A stretch of DNA of 40,512 nucleotides from Burkholderiales bacterium. GTDB lineage: Bacteria; Pseudomonadota; Gammaproteobacteria; Burkholderiales; SG8-41. The position numbers and the translations under genes were made by a program. The stretch spans positions 1-40,512 of the forward strand of contig JBEBHE010000003.1 in assembly GCA_040081205.1 (NCBI GenBank), read 5' to 3'. How positions within the stretch are numbered: the first letter of the stretch is position 1; each line of letters opens with the position of its first letter. Under the pieces are notes generated by a model, which searched no databases, was not told the DNA's origin, and saw nothing but the letters and a program-made list of their open reading frames with translations. Below are positions 30,349-40,512 of this stretch, in pieces.

Positions 30349-30724
30349 AAACAACCATGATCGCGTCGATCTCTACCAAAGCATCGCGCGGCAAACTCGC
30401 CACGCCGATCGCTGCGCGCGCGGGGTACGGCTCGTTCAGATACGTCGCCATGATCTCGTTCACTTTGGCGAAGTGCCTGAGATCGGTGAGATACACGGTA
30501 AAGCGCACCACATCGTTGAGCGTGCCGCCCGTGGCTTCAGCTACGGCTTTGAGGTTGTCGAACACACGGCGTATCTGCGCATCGATGCCGTCAACCATCT
30601 GCATGGTTTGGGGATCAAGGCCGATTTGGCCCGAGCAGTACACGGTGTTGCCGGCGCGCACCGCCTGTGAATAGGTGCCGATGGCTTTGGGAGCGGCATC
30701 GGTATGGATAATACGTCTGTCCAT
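30344..30724 (-). CDS. RidA/YjgF/UK114 family enamine deaminase
   Basis: [29 protein letters not shown]. Confidence 0.95.
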   Translation of the reverse strand: MDRRIIHTDAAPKAIGTYSQAVRAGNTVYCSGQIGLDPQTMQMVDGIDAQIRRVFDNLKAVAEATGGTLNDVVRFTVYLTDLRHFAKVNEIMATYLNEPYPARAAIGVASLPRDALVEIDAIMVVS

Positions 30725-30730
30725 GGTGAG

Positions 30731-31909
30731 TTACGCCGGTAGTTGCAATACGTACTTCGACAGAATGTTGCGCTGAATTTCATTCGAGCCACCGTAAATC
30801 GTACCGGGGCGCGAGATGTAGAACGGCGACATCAAGTCGATTTTTTCATCGCCCAGCGTAATCTCGTCGGCGAACGCACCATATTCCGCGCCGGCTTCCA
30901 GCAACAACTCGGAAAGCTTTTGATAAGTGTCCATGGCGAACACTTTCAGCATCGAGACATCAGGACCCAGCGCTTCGCCGCGCCGCACTTTATCCACGTA
31001 GCGGCGGTATAGCGACGTCAGATCGTTTAAATCCATTTTCAATTGCGTGTAGCGATCCACAAAACCGGGATCGTCAAACAGTTTTTGCGCGCGCGCCAGG
31101 GCATCCAGTTGTTCAAACGCCTGCAACGGACGACGCGGACTGCCAATCGACAGCCGTTCAAACGTGAGCAAACCCTTGGCGATGGTCCAGCCTTCATTGA
31201 GCTTGCCAACGAGATTGTCTTTGTGCGTGCGCACGTTATCAAAGAACACCTGGCAGAATTCCTCGTGCCCGGCGATGTTACGGATGGTACGCAGCGTAAT
31301 CCCCGGCGTCTTCATGTCGAGCAGAAAAAAGCTGATGCCACGCTGTTGCTTCGCCGTCTTGTCGGTGCGCGCCAGCACGTAAATATTGGTGGCATCGTGT
31401 GCCATCGAAGTCCAGATTTTGCTGCCGTTGATGACGTATTCGTCGCCTTCAAGCACGGCCTCGGTACGCAGGCTCGCGAGATCGGAGCCGGCGTTCGGCT
31501 CGGAATAGCCCTGACACCATACATTTTCACCGGCGATGATTTTCGGCAGATACTGCGCGCGCTGCGCGTCGGTGCCAAAACGTATCAGCGTCGGCCCCAC
31601 CATCGTCAAACCTTGATCGGGCATGCGGCCCAATCCGGCGCGCTCGGATTCTTCCCAGTAAATAATCAGCTTGCCCGGTGCGAGGCCCATGCCGCCGTGC
31701 TCGCTAGGCCAATTGGGTGCAAGCCAGCCTTTTTTCGAGAGCTTGATCCACCAGTCGCGCGATTCCGACCAGCGCAGCCGGCGCGGCAGGAAACGCAGGT
31801 GATCGGGAAATTCTTTTTCGAAATACGCGCGCAGATCCATGCGGAAAGCGTCGTCGCCCAGCGCATTCCAGTCGGTTTTCACGGTAGTGTTCGCTTCACT
31901 GAGGCTCAT
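30731..31909 (-). CDS. Acyl-CoA dehydrogenase family protein
   Basis: WCQGYSEPNAGSDLASL, NGSKIWTS, TIYGGSNEIQRN. Confidence 0.95.
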   Translation of the reverse strand: MSLSEANTTVKTDWNALGDDAFRMDLRAYFEKEFPDHLRFLPRRLRWSESRDWWIKLSKKGWLAPNWPSEHGGMGLAPGKLIIYWEESERAGLGRMPDQGLTMVGPTLIRFGTDAQRAQYLPKIIAGENVWCQGYSEPNAGSDLASLRTEAVLEGDEYVINGSKIWTSMAHDATNIYVLARTDKTAKQQRGISFFLLDMKTPGITLRTIRNIAGHEEFCQVFFDNVRTHKDNLVGKLNEGWTIAKGLLTFERLSIGSPRRPLQAFEQLDALARAQKLFDDPGFVDRYTQLKMDLNDLTSLYRRYVDKVRRGEALGPDVSMLKVFAMDTYQKLSELLLEAGAEYGAFADEITLGDEKIDLMSPFYISRPGTIYGGSNEIQRNILSKYVLQLPA

Positions 31910-31911
31910 GG

Positions 31912-33048
31912 TTACACCACTCCTTCCAGAATTTCCGTTTTCGCGTAACGCCGCCGGTGGGTATTACCATTGCCGAGCCACGCCGCCAGTGTCATGGCGC
32001 GCTTGACGTAAAGGCCCACGTCGCAATCTTCGGTATAACCAATCGCGCCGTGCAGTTGTATCGCCTGGCGCGTAATCAATAATGCGGCATCGGTACAGCG
32101 CGCTTTGACGCGACTGGCGGCTGCACTGCGTGCTTTCGCATCGGGTTCGCTGTCGAGCACACCGAGGCAATCCGCGAGCACGGCGCTGGATAACTCCTGC
32201 TGGATGTAAAGATCCACCGCGCGATGTTGCAGCGACTGGAAGCTGCCGATGGGTTTGCCGAACTGCACGCGCGTCTTCATGTAGTCAAGGGTCATCTCCA
32301 GCGAGCGGCCCATGATGCCGCACAACTCCGCGCTGACGATGGCCGCCGTGTGATCGATGGCGCGCGCCAGCGATGCGGAAGCTGCCGCGCCGGTGTTGAT
32401 GACGTTTTCTTTCGCTACGTTCACGTCGGATAACGTTAGCGTGCCCGATTGCCGGCCGTCAGCGAGCATATCGAACATTAGCGAAGCGCCCGCCGCATTG
32501 CGCGGCACCCACAACAGTTGCATGCCTTGTGCGGAATTCGCGGAAACGATGTAGCCGTCCGCACTCGAGGCCCCCATCACGAAACGCTTGCTGCCGTTCA
32601 CGCGGAAGCCGCCTTCGAACGGTGTCGCCTCCGCACTGATCTTGCTAACATCCAGTGTGCCCGCCTGCTCCTGCCACGCCGTGGCCGGAAGCATATCGCC
32701 GGATACCAGACCCTCGAGCAATTTTTTCTTCAGCGGATTATTGTTGCTGTCAGCGAGCACGCGTGCGGCGAGAACCGCAGCGGCGGTCAACGGCTCCGGC
32801 ACCAGCGCGCGCGCAAGTCCTTGCGCGACTATCGCCATGTCACCCAGCTGTAGTCCCATGCCGCCGTACTGCTCTGGCACCAGCACGCCGAGCCAGCCGA
32901 GATCCGCCATTTGCTTCCACACCGCGCGGTCACATTCGGTTTTGGTTTCGCGCAATTTGCGCACCCGCGCAACATCAACACCGCGCGCAAAATCCGTGAC
33001 GCTATCCGACAACATCAAGCGGTGTTCGCTGGAATCCTGCTGAGACAT
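31912..33048 (-). CDS. Acyl-CoA dehydrogenase family protein (partner subunit)
   Basis: RVQFGKPIGSFQSLQH, QLHGAIGYT; tandem with the preceding ACAD. Confidence 0.93.
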   Translation of the reverse strand: MSQQDSSEHRLMLSDSVTDFARGVDVARVRKLRETKTECDRAVWKQMADLGWLGVLVPEQYGGMGLQLGDMAIVAQGLARALVPEPLTAAAVLAARVLADSNNNPLKKKLLEGLVSGDMLPATAWQEQAGTLDVSKISAEATPFEGGFRVNGSKRFVMGASSADGYIVSANSAQGMQLLWVPRNAAGASLMFDMLADGRQSGTLTLSDVNVAKENVINTGAAASASLARAIDHTAAIVSAELCGIMGRSLEMTLDYMKTRVQFGKPIGSFQSLQHRAVDLYIQQELSSAVLADCLGVLDSEPDAKARSAAASRVKARCTDAALLITRQAIQLHGAIGYTEDCDVGLYVKRAMTLAAWLGNGNTHRRRYAKTEILEGVV

Positions 33049-33200
33049 GCACTATTGCTCCACAAAATATTATTAAAAACAAGTGGTTACGATCACCTAG
33101 CGCATGGCACGCAGATCGGACGTAACGGGAGAGTCACACTGTAACGAATATAATTGCGGCGCTCAACCGCGATTCACAATAGCAACCGCAAAGGATCACC

Positions 33201-33710
33201 ATGAACATCTCCATGTACAACTCGTCCGTCCCGGTAATGATCAAAATGCTGGGCAACCTCGAAGCCATTCTCGATAAAGCCATCGCGCACGCAGCCGCGC
33301 GCAAGATTGATGACTCGGCGTTTGTCGAGGCACGTCTGTTCCCCGACATGTTTACCTTCGCACGGCAGATACGCATTGCCACCGATATGTCGAAGGGCGC
33401 GGGCGCGCGGCTTGCCGGTATCGACATTCCAAAATTCGAGGATAACGAGAAAACACTGCCGGAACTTAAGGCGCGAGTGCGCAAAGCGATTGATTTTCTG
33501 AAAACGCTGACATCCTCGCAGATTGACGGCTCAGAAGAACGCGCGATCACTATTACTGCCGGCGGCAAAACCCTCAACTTCAAAGGTCTCGATTACCTGC
33601 AATCCTGGGCACTGCCGAATTTTTATTTTCACGTCGCTACCGCCTATAACCTGCTGCGTCACGGCGGCGTTGAAATCGGCAAAATGGATTATCTGGGCAA
33701 AGTGCAGTAA
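33201..33710 (+). CDS. DUF1993 family protein
   Basis: ARLFPDM, LPNFYFHVATAYNLLRHGGVEIGKMDYLG. Confidence 0.9.
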   Translation: MNISMYNSSVPVMIKMLGNLEAILDKAIAHAAARKIDDSAFVEARLFPDMFTFARQIRIATDMSKGAGARLAGIDIPKFEDNEKTLPELKARVRKAIDFLKTLTSSQIDGSEERAITITAGGKTLNFKGLDYLQSWALPNFYFHVATAYNLLRHGGVEIGKMDYLGKVQ

Positions 33711-33717
33711 CGCGTTT

Positions 33718-35136
33718 TCAGCTTTTCAGCGATTGCGCGATATGCTCTGCAGCACGCATGCCGAATGTAATGCCCTTAATCAAACCACCGACATAGCCGC
33801 CACCGGTACCGCCTTCGAGGCCACCGGTGGTGGCGCCCACCGCGTACAATCCTTCGATCGGCGCGCCACGCGTGCTCATGACTCGGCCATCGCCATCGGT
33901 GAAAATGCCGCCAAAGGTGTAGGTCATGCCAGCGCACAGCGGCACGGCAAAAAAGGGCGCCTTCGAAATGGGCAAGGGCACGATCGGCTGCGCGCTGCGC
34001 GCTGGCGTCAAGCCGGCGGTTTTTCCAGCGGCCAACGCTTCGTTATAGCCTTGCACCGTGCGCTGCAGGGGCTCGACCGCGATGCCGGTTTTCGCCGCCA
34101 ATTCGCCAAGCGTGTCGGCCTTGATAATGGTACCGCCGGCATTGGCGAGCTGCGGATTGGCCGGGATGCGCGCGGTGCGACCCGGCCCTTCCCAGATCGC
34201 GGTATCGAGGATCGCCCACGCGGACAATGGATTCGCCAGCCGCGCAATGGTATTGGCAACAAACACGCCGCCCAAGCCTTCATCAACAAACCGTTCGCCG
34301 GCATCGTTGACGACGATACCCACTGTGCCCAATTCGTCGAGTTGCGGATACGGCCACACCTTGTCGTTGGTGAACGAATCGCGGGAAAGCATGTGTCCGT
34401 AGAAATACTTGAGTTCAGAGAACTGCGCGCCCATCGCTCTGGCCATGCACATGCCGTCGCCAACACCGGTGCCTGCGCCGCGCGTTTTGACTTTGGCAAA
34501 ATCAATGCCCATGTGCTCGCGCACCAGCGCGGGATTTCCCTGATAACCGCCGTCGGCGAGCACAACGGCGCGCGCATGGAACTGTTGTTTGGCGGAACCT
34601 CCATCGCCTGCTGCGACTTCGATACCGATGCACTGGCCTTCTTTTTCCATCAATGCAGCGGCAGGCAACCTGAACATTTTGCCGCCGCGTTTTTCAAGAT
34701 TCGCCACCAGTTGCCGCAGCGTGACATCCGGGCCGCGGCCTTTCCAGTCGAGGCCCGCCACGATCGGCCGCGGCGGGGCGAGTACATGCTGCTGCCATAC
34801 AATGTTGCCGACACGGATGTATTTCGCGCCCTCATCCCGCAGCCAGTCGATGGCGCGGCCCGCGGTGGTCGCCAGCGCCCGCGAAAGCTCTGGATCGGCT
34901 TTGCCGCTGGTGGCGTCTTTGATGACATCCATCAGCTTTTCGGCAGGATCTTTCGCGTTGTGGCAAGCGATGTGCAGCACACCGCCCGAATAGCGCGAGT
35001 TGCACAGATACCGCTCGTCAGTGCCGCGTTCCAGCACCGCCACTTTCAAACCCTGCTGGGCAGCGCGGTTGGCGGCGGAAAGGCCGGCAATGCCACCGCC
35101 GACGACGACCACATCAAATGATTCGTTTGTATTCAT
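33718..35136 (-). CDS. FAD-binding oxidoreductase (TcuA/flavocytochrome c flavoprotein-like)
   Basis: DVVVVGGGIAG, LADGGY, GDG, TYTFGGI, GLYAVG; no signal peptide. Confidence 0.85.
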   Translation of the reverse strand: MNTNESFDVVVVGGGIAGLSAANRAAQQGLKVAVLERGTDERYLCNSRYSGGVLHIACHNAKDPAEKLMDVIKDATSGKADPELSRALATTAGRAIDWLRDEGAKYIRVGNIVWQQHVLAPPRPIVAGLDWKGRGPDVTLRQLVANLEKRGGKMFRLPAAALMEKEGQCIGIEVAAGDGGSAKQQFHARAVVLADGGYQGNPALVREHMGIDFAKVKTRGAGTGVGDGMCMARAMGAQFSELKYFYGHMLSRDSFTNDKVWPYPQLDELGTVGIVVNDAGERFVDEGLGGVFVANTIARLANPLSAWAILDTAIWEGPGRTARIPANPQLANAGGTIIKADTLGELAAKTGIAVEPLQRTVQGYNEALAAGKTAGLTPARSAQPIVPLPISKAPFFAVPLCAGMTYTFGGIFTDGDGRVMSTRGAPIEGLYAVGATTGGLEGGTGGGYVGGLIKGITFGMRAAEHIAQSLKS

Positions 35137-35492
35137 TTATCTTCGGGTGGTGACGTCACCACAATGAAAGTCAGATCGGTAAACCCGGTGTTGAACAACG
35201 CGTGCTCCGCCCCCGGCGGAATAAAAATCACATCCTGCTTGCGTACCACGCGCCGCACGCCGTCGATTTCCATCAAACCTTCGCCGTCGAGCACATGGTA
35301 AATCTGCTCCTGTATTTTGTGGCGATGCGCCGCCACATGCGCTTTGGGCTGATAACTGGAAATGCGGTAATCAAAATGCTTTGTCGCTGCGTTTGCCGGC
35401 GTCACCAGCATTTTGGAATACGCGCCGTTCTGATGGCCCGCGTCGGGCTGCTCCCACAGAAATTCGGCGGCGTTTTTGATGAAGGCGCTCAT
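35133..35492 (-). CDS. Cupin domain protein
   Basis: HRHKIQEQIYHVLDGEG...IPPGAEH. Confidence 0.9.
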   Translation of the reverse strand: MSAFIKNAAEFLWEQPDAGHQNGAYSKMLVTPANAATKHFDYRISSYQPKAHVAAHRHKIQEQIYHVLDGEGLMEIDGVRRVVRKQDVIFIPPGAEHALFNTGFTDLTFIVVTSPPEDK

Positions 35493-35583
35493 GCGGTCTC
35501 TCGCATTCCGGTTTTTGACAGGCTGATTGTAATGCACGACTTACTGCTAGACTTGACGCATATACACGCCAGGAGAATTCCAT

Positions 35584-36327
35584 ATGTCGCAAACGTTTTT
35601 TACCGGTCGCATCGGATTGCTCGCGCCTTCCTCCAACACTACGGTTGAAACCGAATTTTTCAAGGTGCTGCCCGAAGGCGTGACGCTGCACACCGCGCGT
35701 CTGCCGATCACCACGGTCACACCGGAATCCATCGGCAAAATGGCCGACTCGCTGGACGTCGAATCAAAGCTGCTGGCCTCAGCCGATGTGGATGTGATTA
35801 TTCTCGGCGCCACCGCGCCAAGTTTTCTCAAGGGCCTGGGCTACGACCGCGAGGTCAGCCAGCGCATCACCAACGTCACCGGCAAACCGGCGACGACTAC
35901 ATCGACCGCACTGCTGGAAGCATTCAAGGTACTCGGCATTTCACGCATTGCGCTGGGCTCGGCTTACAGCCCGACCGTCAACGATATCTGCGCGAATTTT
36001 ATCGAAGCGAACGGTATCAAGGTCGTCGCCAAGGACGGGCTTAACGTCATCGACAATCTGCAAATCGGCCGGCTGGATGTGCAGACCGCCTACGATCTGG
36101 GCAAAAAAGTGGATTGCCCGGAAGCGCAGGCGATTGTCCTGGCATGCACCAACTGGAAAAGCTTGGACATTATCGAACGGCTCGAACAGGATCTCGGCAA
36201 GCCCGTATTGAGCACGTCGCAAGTCAGCATCTGGGGTGCGCTGAAGAAAATCGGCTACACCGGCAGCATTCCCGGTTACGGGAAACTGTTACGCACCTTC
36301 GGCAACGCACAACAAAAAGCGGCTTAA
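35584..36327 (+). CDS. Maleate isomerase / arylmalonate decarboxylase (Asp/Glu racemase superfamily) protein
   Basis: RIGLLAPSSNTTVETEF, LACTN, EQDLGKPVLS; RBS AGGAG. Confidence 0.88.
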   Translation: MSQTFFTGRIGLLAPSSNTTVETEFFKVLPEGVTLHTARLPITTVTPESIGKMADSLDVESKLLASADVDVIILGATAPSFLKGLGYDREVSQRITNVTGKPATTTSTALLEAFKVLGISRIALGSAYSPTVNDICANFIEANGIKVVAKDGLNVIDNLQIGRLDVQTAYDLGKKVDCPEAQAIVLACTNWKSLDIIERLEQDLGKPVLSTSQVSIWGALKKIGYTGSIPGYGKLLRTFGNAQQKAA

Positions 36328-36348
36328 AAGCTATTCAATAGCGGAGGG

Positions 36349-36510
36349 CTACTTCCGCGCCAGATATCCCGCAATAGCGGCAATCGCCGCTGCCAGCAGC
36401 GCATACTCCCACCAATGCAAATGAACGGATGTTGCGCCATGTCCTTCGTGCGCCCAGCTACTGGCGGCTGCCGTGAAGAAAAGAAAAACACTCGCTGCTA
36501 GTCGATACAT
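36349..36510 (-). CDS. Small His-rich membrane protein (53 aa), not in ORF track
   Basis: [53 protein letters not shown]: signal peptide, His cluster, TM helix; RBS GAGGG; overlaps the ureG stop. Confidence 0.7.
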   Translation of the reverse strand: MYRLAASVFLFFTAAASSWAHEGHGATSVHLHWWEYALLAAAIAAIAGYLARK

Positions 36511-37127
36511 AGGATGCCCTCTTTTTCGATATGGCTGATGACGGTGTCCAGTCCCTGCCCGGTTTTCATATTGGTGAATACAAACGGCTTGGCGCCACGC
36601 ATCTTGCGCGCATCACGATCCATCACTTCAAGTGAGGCGCCCACCATCGGCGCGAGATCAATTTTATTGATAATCAGCAAATCGGATTTGGTGATGCCCG
36701 GCCCGCCCTTGCGTGGGATTTTATCGCCGGCGGCCACATCAATCACGTAAAGCGTTAAATCGGATAATTCCGGGCTGAACGTCGCCGCCAGATTGTCGCC
36801 GCCGGATTCGATGATGATGAGATCGAGCGCAGTAAACCGCCGGTTCAGGCGCGCCACCGCTTCGAGATTAATCGATGCGTCCTCGCGTATCGCGGTGTGC
36901 GGACAACCGCCGGTTTCCACGCCGATGATGCGCTCGGGTGCTAACGCTTCGTTGCGCACCAGAAACTGCGCGTCCTCTTCCGTGTAAATATCGTTGGTAA
37001 CGACAGCGATGTTGTATTTATCGCGCAGCGCAAGGCACAGCGCGAGTGTTAACGCGGTCTTGCCGGAGCCGACAGGACCGCCAATGCCGATGCGCAGGGG
37101 CTGCGTGTGATTGGTGCTGGATGTCAT
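36498..37127 (-). CDS. ureG: Urease accessory GTPase UreG
   Basis: [27 protein letters not shown]. Confidence 0.98.
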   Translation of the reverse strand: MTSSTNHTQPLRIGIGGPVGSGKTALTLALCLALRDKYNIAVVTNDIYTEEDAQFLVRNEALAPERIIGVETGGCPHTAIREDASINLEAVARLNRRFTALDLIIIESGGDNLAATFSPELSDLTLYVIDVAAGDKIPRKGGPGITKSDLLIINKIDLAPMVGASLEVMDRDARKMRGAKPFVFTNMKTGQGLDTVISHIEKEGILCID

Positions 37128-37804
37128 GAGCGAAAGATTCTGCTGTATTGGGTTTCATGGCGACTGGAAAGCATCGCCAATCCCGGCGCGAAATTTCCCA
37201 GTTCATGGTCGGCGCGCGCGGCGGCAATCTGAGCGATAGTATCGAGCTTTGCACCCAGCGCGAGCAAAATTTTTTGCCCGGCGGTTTGCCCCAGCGGCAC
37301 CGCCTTGATCGCGGCCATGGCCTGATTTTCAATCCAACTCCAAAGATACGCTATCAGTGCCGACGAAGGTTTAATGCGCCATTGCGCGGCGGCGCAGGCG
37401 TACGCGGTGGGAAATGCGGGTTCATCGATTGCTTGCAGGCGCGTGAACGACATCGCGTTTTCTTCATGCAGTTCGCTCAGCAAACGCGTCAACGAATAAC
37501 CCATCTGCACCGTCTCGGCGCGCAACTCAGCGGATTCGCGACTGGCGAGAAACAGTGCGTTCCAGTATTCGATCGCTGCCAAATCCGCGGCGCGCCAAGC
37601 ATGATGCAAACGCAACAACACTGGTGCTTCCATTGCCGCCACCGACAGCTCCAGCACATCGCCGATCCAGCGTTGCGCGCTGGCCGCGTCATGCACGATG
37701 CCGGCTTCGACCGCCGATTCCAACCCTTGCGAATAACTGTAAGCGCCCACCGGCAGCGTGGGGCTTGCGAGTTGCAGCAGCCGCGCGAGATGTGCGTCGC
37801 TCAT
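37124..37804 (-). CDS. ureF: Urease accessory protein UreF
   Basis: [20 protein letters not shown]...[11 protein letters not shown]. Confidence 0.97.
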   Translation of the reverse strand: MSDAHLARLLQLASPTLPVGAYSYSQGLESAVEAGIVHDAASAQRWIGDVLELSVAAMEAPVLLRLHHAWRAADLAAIEYWNALFLASRESAELRAETVQMGYSLTRLLSELHEENAMSFTRLQAIDEPAFPTAYACAAAQWRIKPSSALIAYLWSWIENQAMAAIKAVPLGQTAGQKILLALGAKLDTIAQIAAARADHELGNFAPGLAMLSSRHETQYSRIFRS

Positions 37805-37831
37805 CCGTTAAAATTTTGTAAGCATTTGTTT

Positions 37832-38341
37832 TTAAACATTTTTTATATACTCGTGAATACGCCCTGCATGCCCTGCCTCGTCGCTGTGATGATGGTGGCC
37901 ACCGCCATGGCTACCATACGCGCCGGCCTCCGGTTCAAACGGCGCGCGCATCGTCGTCAGCGTCGCGCCCAACCCTTTGAGCATTTCCGCAAGCACGTGA
38001 TCCGCAGCAATACGCAAAAATCCGTCGCCTACCTGCACCGGCACATGGCGATTGCCCAAATGATAGGCAGCGCGCGTGAGCGCCATTGCGTCGGCACACG
38101 CTATATGCAGCACGTCTTCGGCTTCCGATATCACTTCTACAAAACGCCCGTCGCTGGCGAGCAACAAATCACCACCACGAAGAATTTCTCCGCGCGGCAA
38201 CAATAACCACGCGTCTTCGCCGTCCACGAGTTTGGTGCGCAAGCGGCTCTTCTGGCGCAAATCGAATGGGAGCTTCAATTGCACCTGCGCGGCGTGCCGG
38301 CGCGCTTCGGCAGCAGCCAATTTGGTTTTGATCTCGATCAT
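37832..38341 (-). CDS. ureE: Urease accessory protein UreE
   Basis: [23 protein letters not shown], His-rich tail; TGATG overlap with ureC. Confidence 0.97.
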   Translation of the reverse strand: MIEIKTKLAAAEARRHAAQVQLKLPFDLRQKSRLRTKLVDGEDAWLLLPRGEILRGGDLLLASDGRFVEVISEAEDVLHIACADAMALTRAAYHLGNRHVPVQVGDGFLRIAADHVLAEMLKGLGATLTTMRAPFEPEAGAYGSHGGGHHHHSDEAGHAGRIHEYIKNV

Positions 38342-40038
38342 CAGAACAGAAAATAACGTTGCGCCATCGGCAGCACTTTCGCAGGTTCGCACACCAGCAA
38401 TTCGCCATCAGCACGCACTTCATAGGTCTCGGCATCCACCTCGATTTTCGGCTGCCAGTTGTTGAGCACCATATCTTTCTTGCCGATTTTTCTGACGTTG
38501 CGTATAGCTTCCAGCGGCTTCGACAAACCCAGCGCTTCAATCGCCGGATTTTTCAGCGCGGCCTTCGATACAAAGGTGAGCGAGGTACGCAGTGCTTTAC
38601 CGAAACTGCCGAACATCGGCCGGTAATGCACCGGCTGTGGCGTGGGAATCGACGCATTCGGATCGCCCATCGCGGCGGCGGCGATCATGCCACCCTTAAT
38701 GATCAGTGAAGGCTTTACACCGAAGAACGCTGGCTTCCACAACACCAGATCAGCGAGCTTGCCTTCCGCGATAGAGCCGACCACGTGCGACACGCCGTGC
38801 GCAATCGCGGGGTTGATGGTGTATTTCGCGATGAAACGCTTCACACGCGCGTTATCGCTTTCCTTCGGATCGCCCTTCAAACTGCCGCGCTGCATTTTCA
38901 TTTTGTGCGCGGTCTGCCAAGTGCGAATGATGACTTCACCCACGCGGCCCATCGCCTGCGAGTCGGACGACATCATCGAAAACGCACCGAGATCATGCAA
39001 AATGTCTTCGGCGGCAATGGTTTCCTTTCGAATGCGTGATTCGGCAAACGCCACATCCTCGGCAATCGCCGGATCAAGGTGATGGCACACCATCAGCATG
39101 TCGAGATGCTCGGCGATGGTATTGACCGTGTACGGCATCGTAGGGTTGGTTGACGACGGCATTACATTCGGTTCGCCGCACACCTTGATGATATCCGGCG
39201 CATGACCGCCGCCCGCACCCTCGGTATGAAACGTGCAGATGGCGCGGCCTTTCATCGCCGCTACCGAGGTTTCGACAAAACCAGACTCGTTCAGCGTATC
39301 GGTGTGGATCGCCACCTGCACATCCATTTTATCGGCGACCGACAAACAGTTATCGATAGCGGCAGGCGTGGTGCCCCAATCCTCGTGCAGCTTGAGACCG
39401 ATGGCGCCGGATTCGATTTGCTCCTTCAGCGGCGCGGGTTTACTCGCATTCCCTTTGCCGAGAAAACCCAGGTTCATCGGAAATGCTTCCGCTGCCGCCA
39501 GCATCGAGTGCATATGCCACGGCCCCGGTGTGCAGGTTGTCGCGAACGTGCCGGTCGCCGGTCCCGTACCGCCGCCAATCATGGTGGTCACGCCCGACAT
39601 CAGCGCTTCTTCAATCTGTTGCGGGCAAATAAAATGTATATGTGTATCGATGCCACCGGCGGTAACGATCATGCCTTCGCCCGCGATGATCTCGGTGCCC
39701 GCGCCGATAGGAATGGTGATGCCGGGCTGTATGTCCGGATTGCCGGCCTTGCCGATTTTCCAGATGCGGCCGTTCTTGATGCCGATGTCGGCCTTGATGA
39801 TGCCCCAGTGATCGACAATCAATGCGTTGGTAATTACGGTATCGGCCACTTTCGCGGAAACCAACTGGCTTTGCCCCATGCCGTCGCGTATCACTTTACC
39901 GCCGCCAAATTTCACTTCTTCGCCGTGAATGGTGAAGTCTTTTTCGACTTCAATCCACAGTTCGGTGTCGGCAAGCCGCACGCGATCGCCTACCGTGGGG
40001 CCAAACATTTCGGCATAAGCCTGGCGAGTGATTTTCAT
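38341..40038 (-). CDS. ureC: Urease subunit alpha
   Basis: [42 protein letters not shown]. Confidence 0.99.
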   Translation of the reverse strand: MKITRQAYAEMFGPTVGDRVRLADTELWIEVEKDFTIHGEEVKFGGGKVIRDGMGQSQLVSAKVADTVITNALIVDHWGIIKADIGIKNGRIWKIGKAGNPDIQPGITIPIGAGTEIIAGEGMIVTAGGIDTHIHFICPQQIEEALMSGVTTMIGGGTGPATGTFATTCTPGPWHMHSMLAAAEAFPMNLGFLGKGNASKPAPLKEQIESGAIGLKLHEDWGTTPAAIDNCLSVADKMDVQVAIHTDTLNESGFVETSVAAMKGRAICTFHTEGAGGGHAPDIIKVCGEPNVMPSSTNPTMPYTVNTIAEHLDMLMVCHHLDPAIAEDVAFAESRIRKETIAAEDILHDLGAFSMMSSDSQAMGRVGEVIIRTWQTAHKMKMQRGSLKGDPKESDNARVKRFIAKYTINPAIAHGVSHVVGSIAEGKLADLVLWKPAFFGVKPSLIIKGGMIAAAAMGDPNASIPTPQPVHYRPMFGSFGKALRTSLTFVSKAALKNPAIEALGLSKPLEAIRNVRKIGKKDMVLNNWQPKIEVDAETYEVRADGELLVCEPAKVLPMAQRYFLF

Positions 40039-40071
40039 GATCTATCTGGCCCCCTATGCGCCAACACTAAC

Positions 40072-40103
40072 CCTGTCATTCCTGCCTGCGCGGGAATGAC
40101 AGG
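40072..40103. repeat. REP-like palindrome (GTCATTCC...GGAATGAC type)
   Basis: CCTGTCATTCCTGC-CTGC-GCGGGAATGACAGG between ureB and ureC. Confidence 0.75.
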
Positions 40104-40175
40104 AGAGGTTTCGTACGACATTCAATAGGCATTGGAAACCCTTCAAAACCCGCAGACAAGCCTGATAGGCTGTTT

Positions 40176-40481
40176 TCACAATGCCCCCATTACCTTTCCA
40201 GCAAATCCATAGACCTTGCGCGCACCTGCGAGCGCGACGAGTTCCACGGTGCGCGATTGCCCCGGCTCGAAACGCACCGCCGTTCCCGCCGCGATGTTCA
40301 GCCGATAGCCCCGTGTCTTTTTGCGGTCAAATTTGAGCGCGTCGTTGGTTTCGAAAAAATGGTAGTGCGATCCCACTTGAATCGGGCGGTCGCCGCTATT
40401 GGTGACGGCTACGGTAATCGTGGCGCGCCCCACGTTGATCTCGATCTCACCCGGCGCAACTTTCATTTCTCCAGGAATCAT
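40176..40481 (-). CDS. ureB: Urease subunit beta
   Basis: [27 protein letters not shown]. Confidence 0.98.
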   Translation of the reverse strand: MIPGEMKVAPGEIEINVGRATITVAVTNSGDRPIQVGSHYHFFETNDALKFDRKKTRGYRLNIAAGTAVRFEPGQSRTVELVALAGARKVYGFAGKVMGAL

Positions 40482-40491
40482 CGTGGCTCTC

Positions 40492-40512
40492 TCAAACGAT
40501 AGGGTTATGAAC
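40492..40512 (-). CDS. ureA: Urease subunit gamma, 3' end only (truncated by window)
   Basis: Reads ...VHNPIV*, the usual UreA C-terminus, directly upstream of ureB. Confidence 0.8.
   Translation of the reverse strand, partial: VHNPIV

Noticed and set aside
33523-35121. 532-aa plus-strand ORF and similar long antisense ORFs (18198-19628, 37148-38206, 39202-40128)
   Set aside because: Shadows of well-supported genes on the opposite strand in GC-rich DNA.

Overview
Betaproteobacteria-like chromosome segment in two parts. (1) Bases 1-~13120 are the right end of a genomic island integrated at the 3' end of tRNA-Phe(GAA); the other att copy lies outside the window. From the tRNA inward it carries a phage-type tyrosine integrase with an overlapping Xis-like HTH gene, then a second, different tyrosine recombinase (Phage_int_SAM_2/Integrase_1-like). 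That recombinase is preceded by ~1.1 kb of hairpin-dense DNA with no credible genes. A ~190-220 bp structured element occurs twice in direct orientation (1453-1670 and 9864-10052; ~93% identical 110-bp core, compensatory stem changes, ECF-sigma-like promoter at the left end). The two copies bracket an ~8.2 kb cargo block: MgtC/DUF4010 protein, an FNR-box-preceded operon (FAD/2Fe-2S oxidoreductase, membrane protein, octaheme cytochrome c) and a non-canonical P2-type ATPase. A VapBC45-like TA pair lies beyond the left copy. This recombinase + structured repeat + cassette-like cargo arrangement is the best candidate for an undescribed system. (2) Bases 13120-40512 are mostly core genome: groESL with CIRCE, bioA, a beta-CASP nuclease, dacB, two lipoproteins, ubiCA-(bug-atuA)-ubiD, recG, ridA, two acyl-CoA dehydrogenases, small catabolic genes and the urease operon ure(A)BCEFG. 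An unannotated 53-aa His-rich membrane peptide follows ureG.
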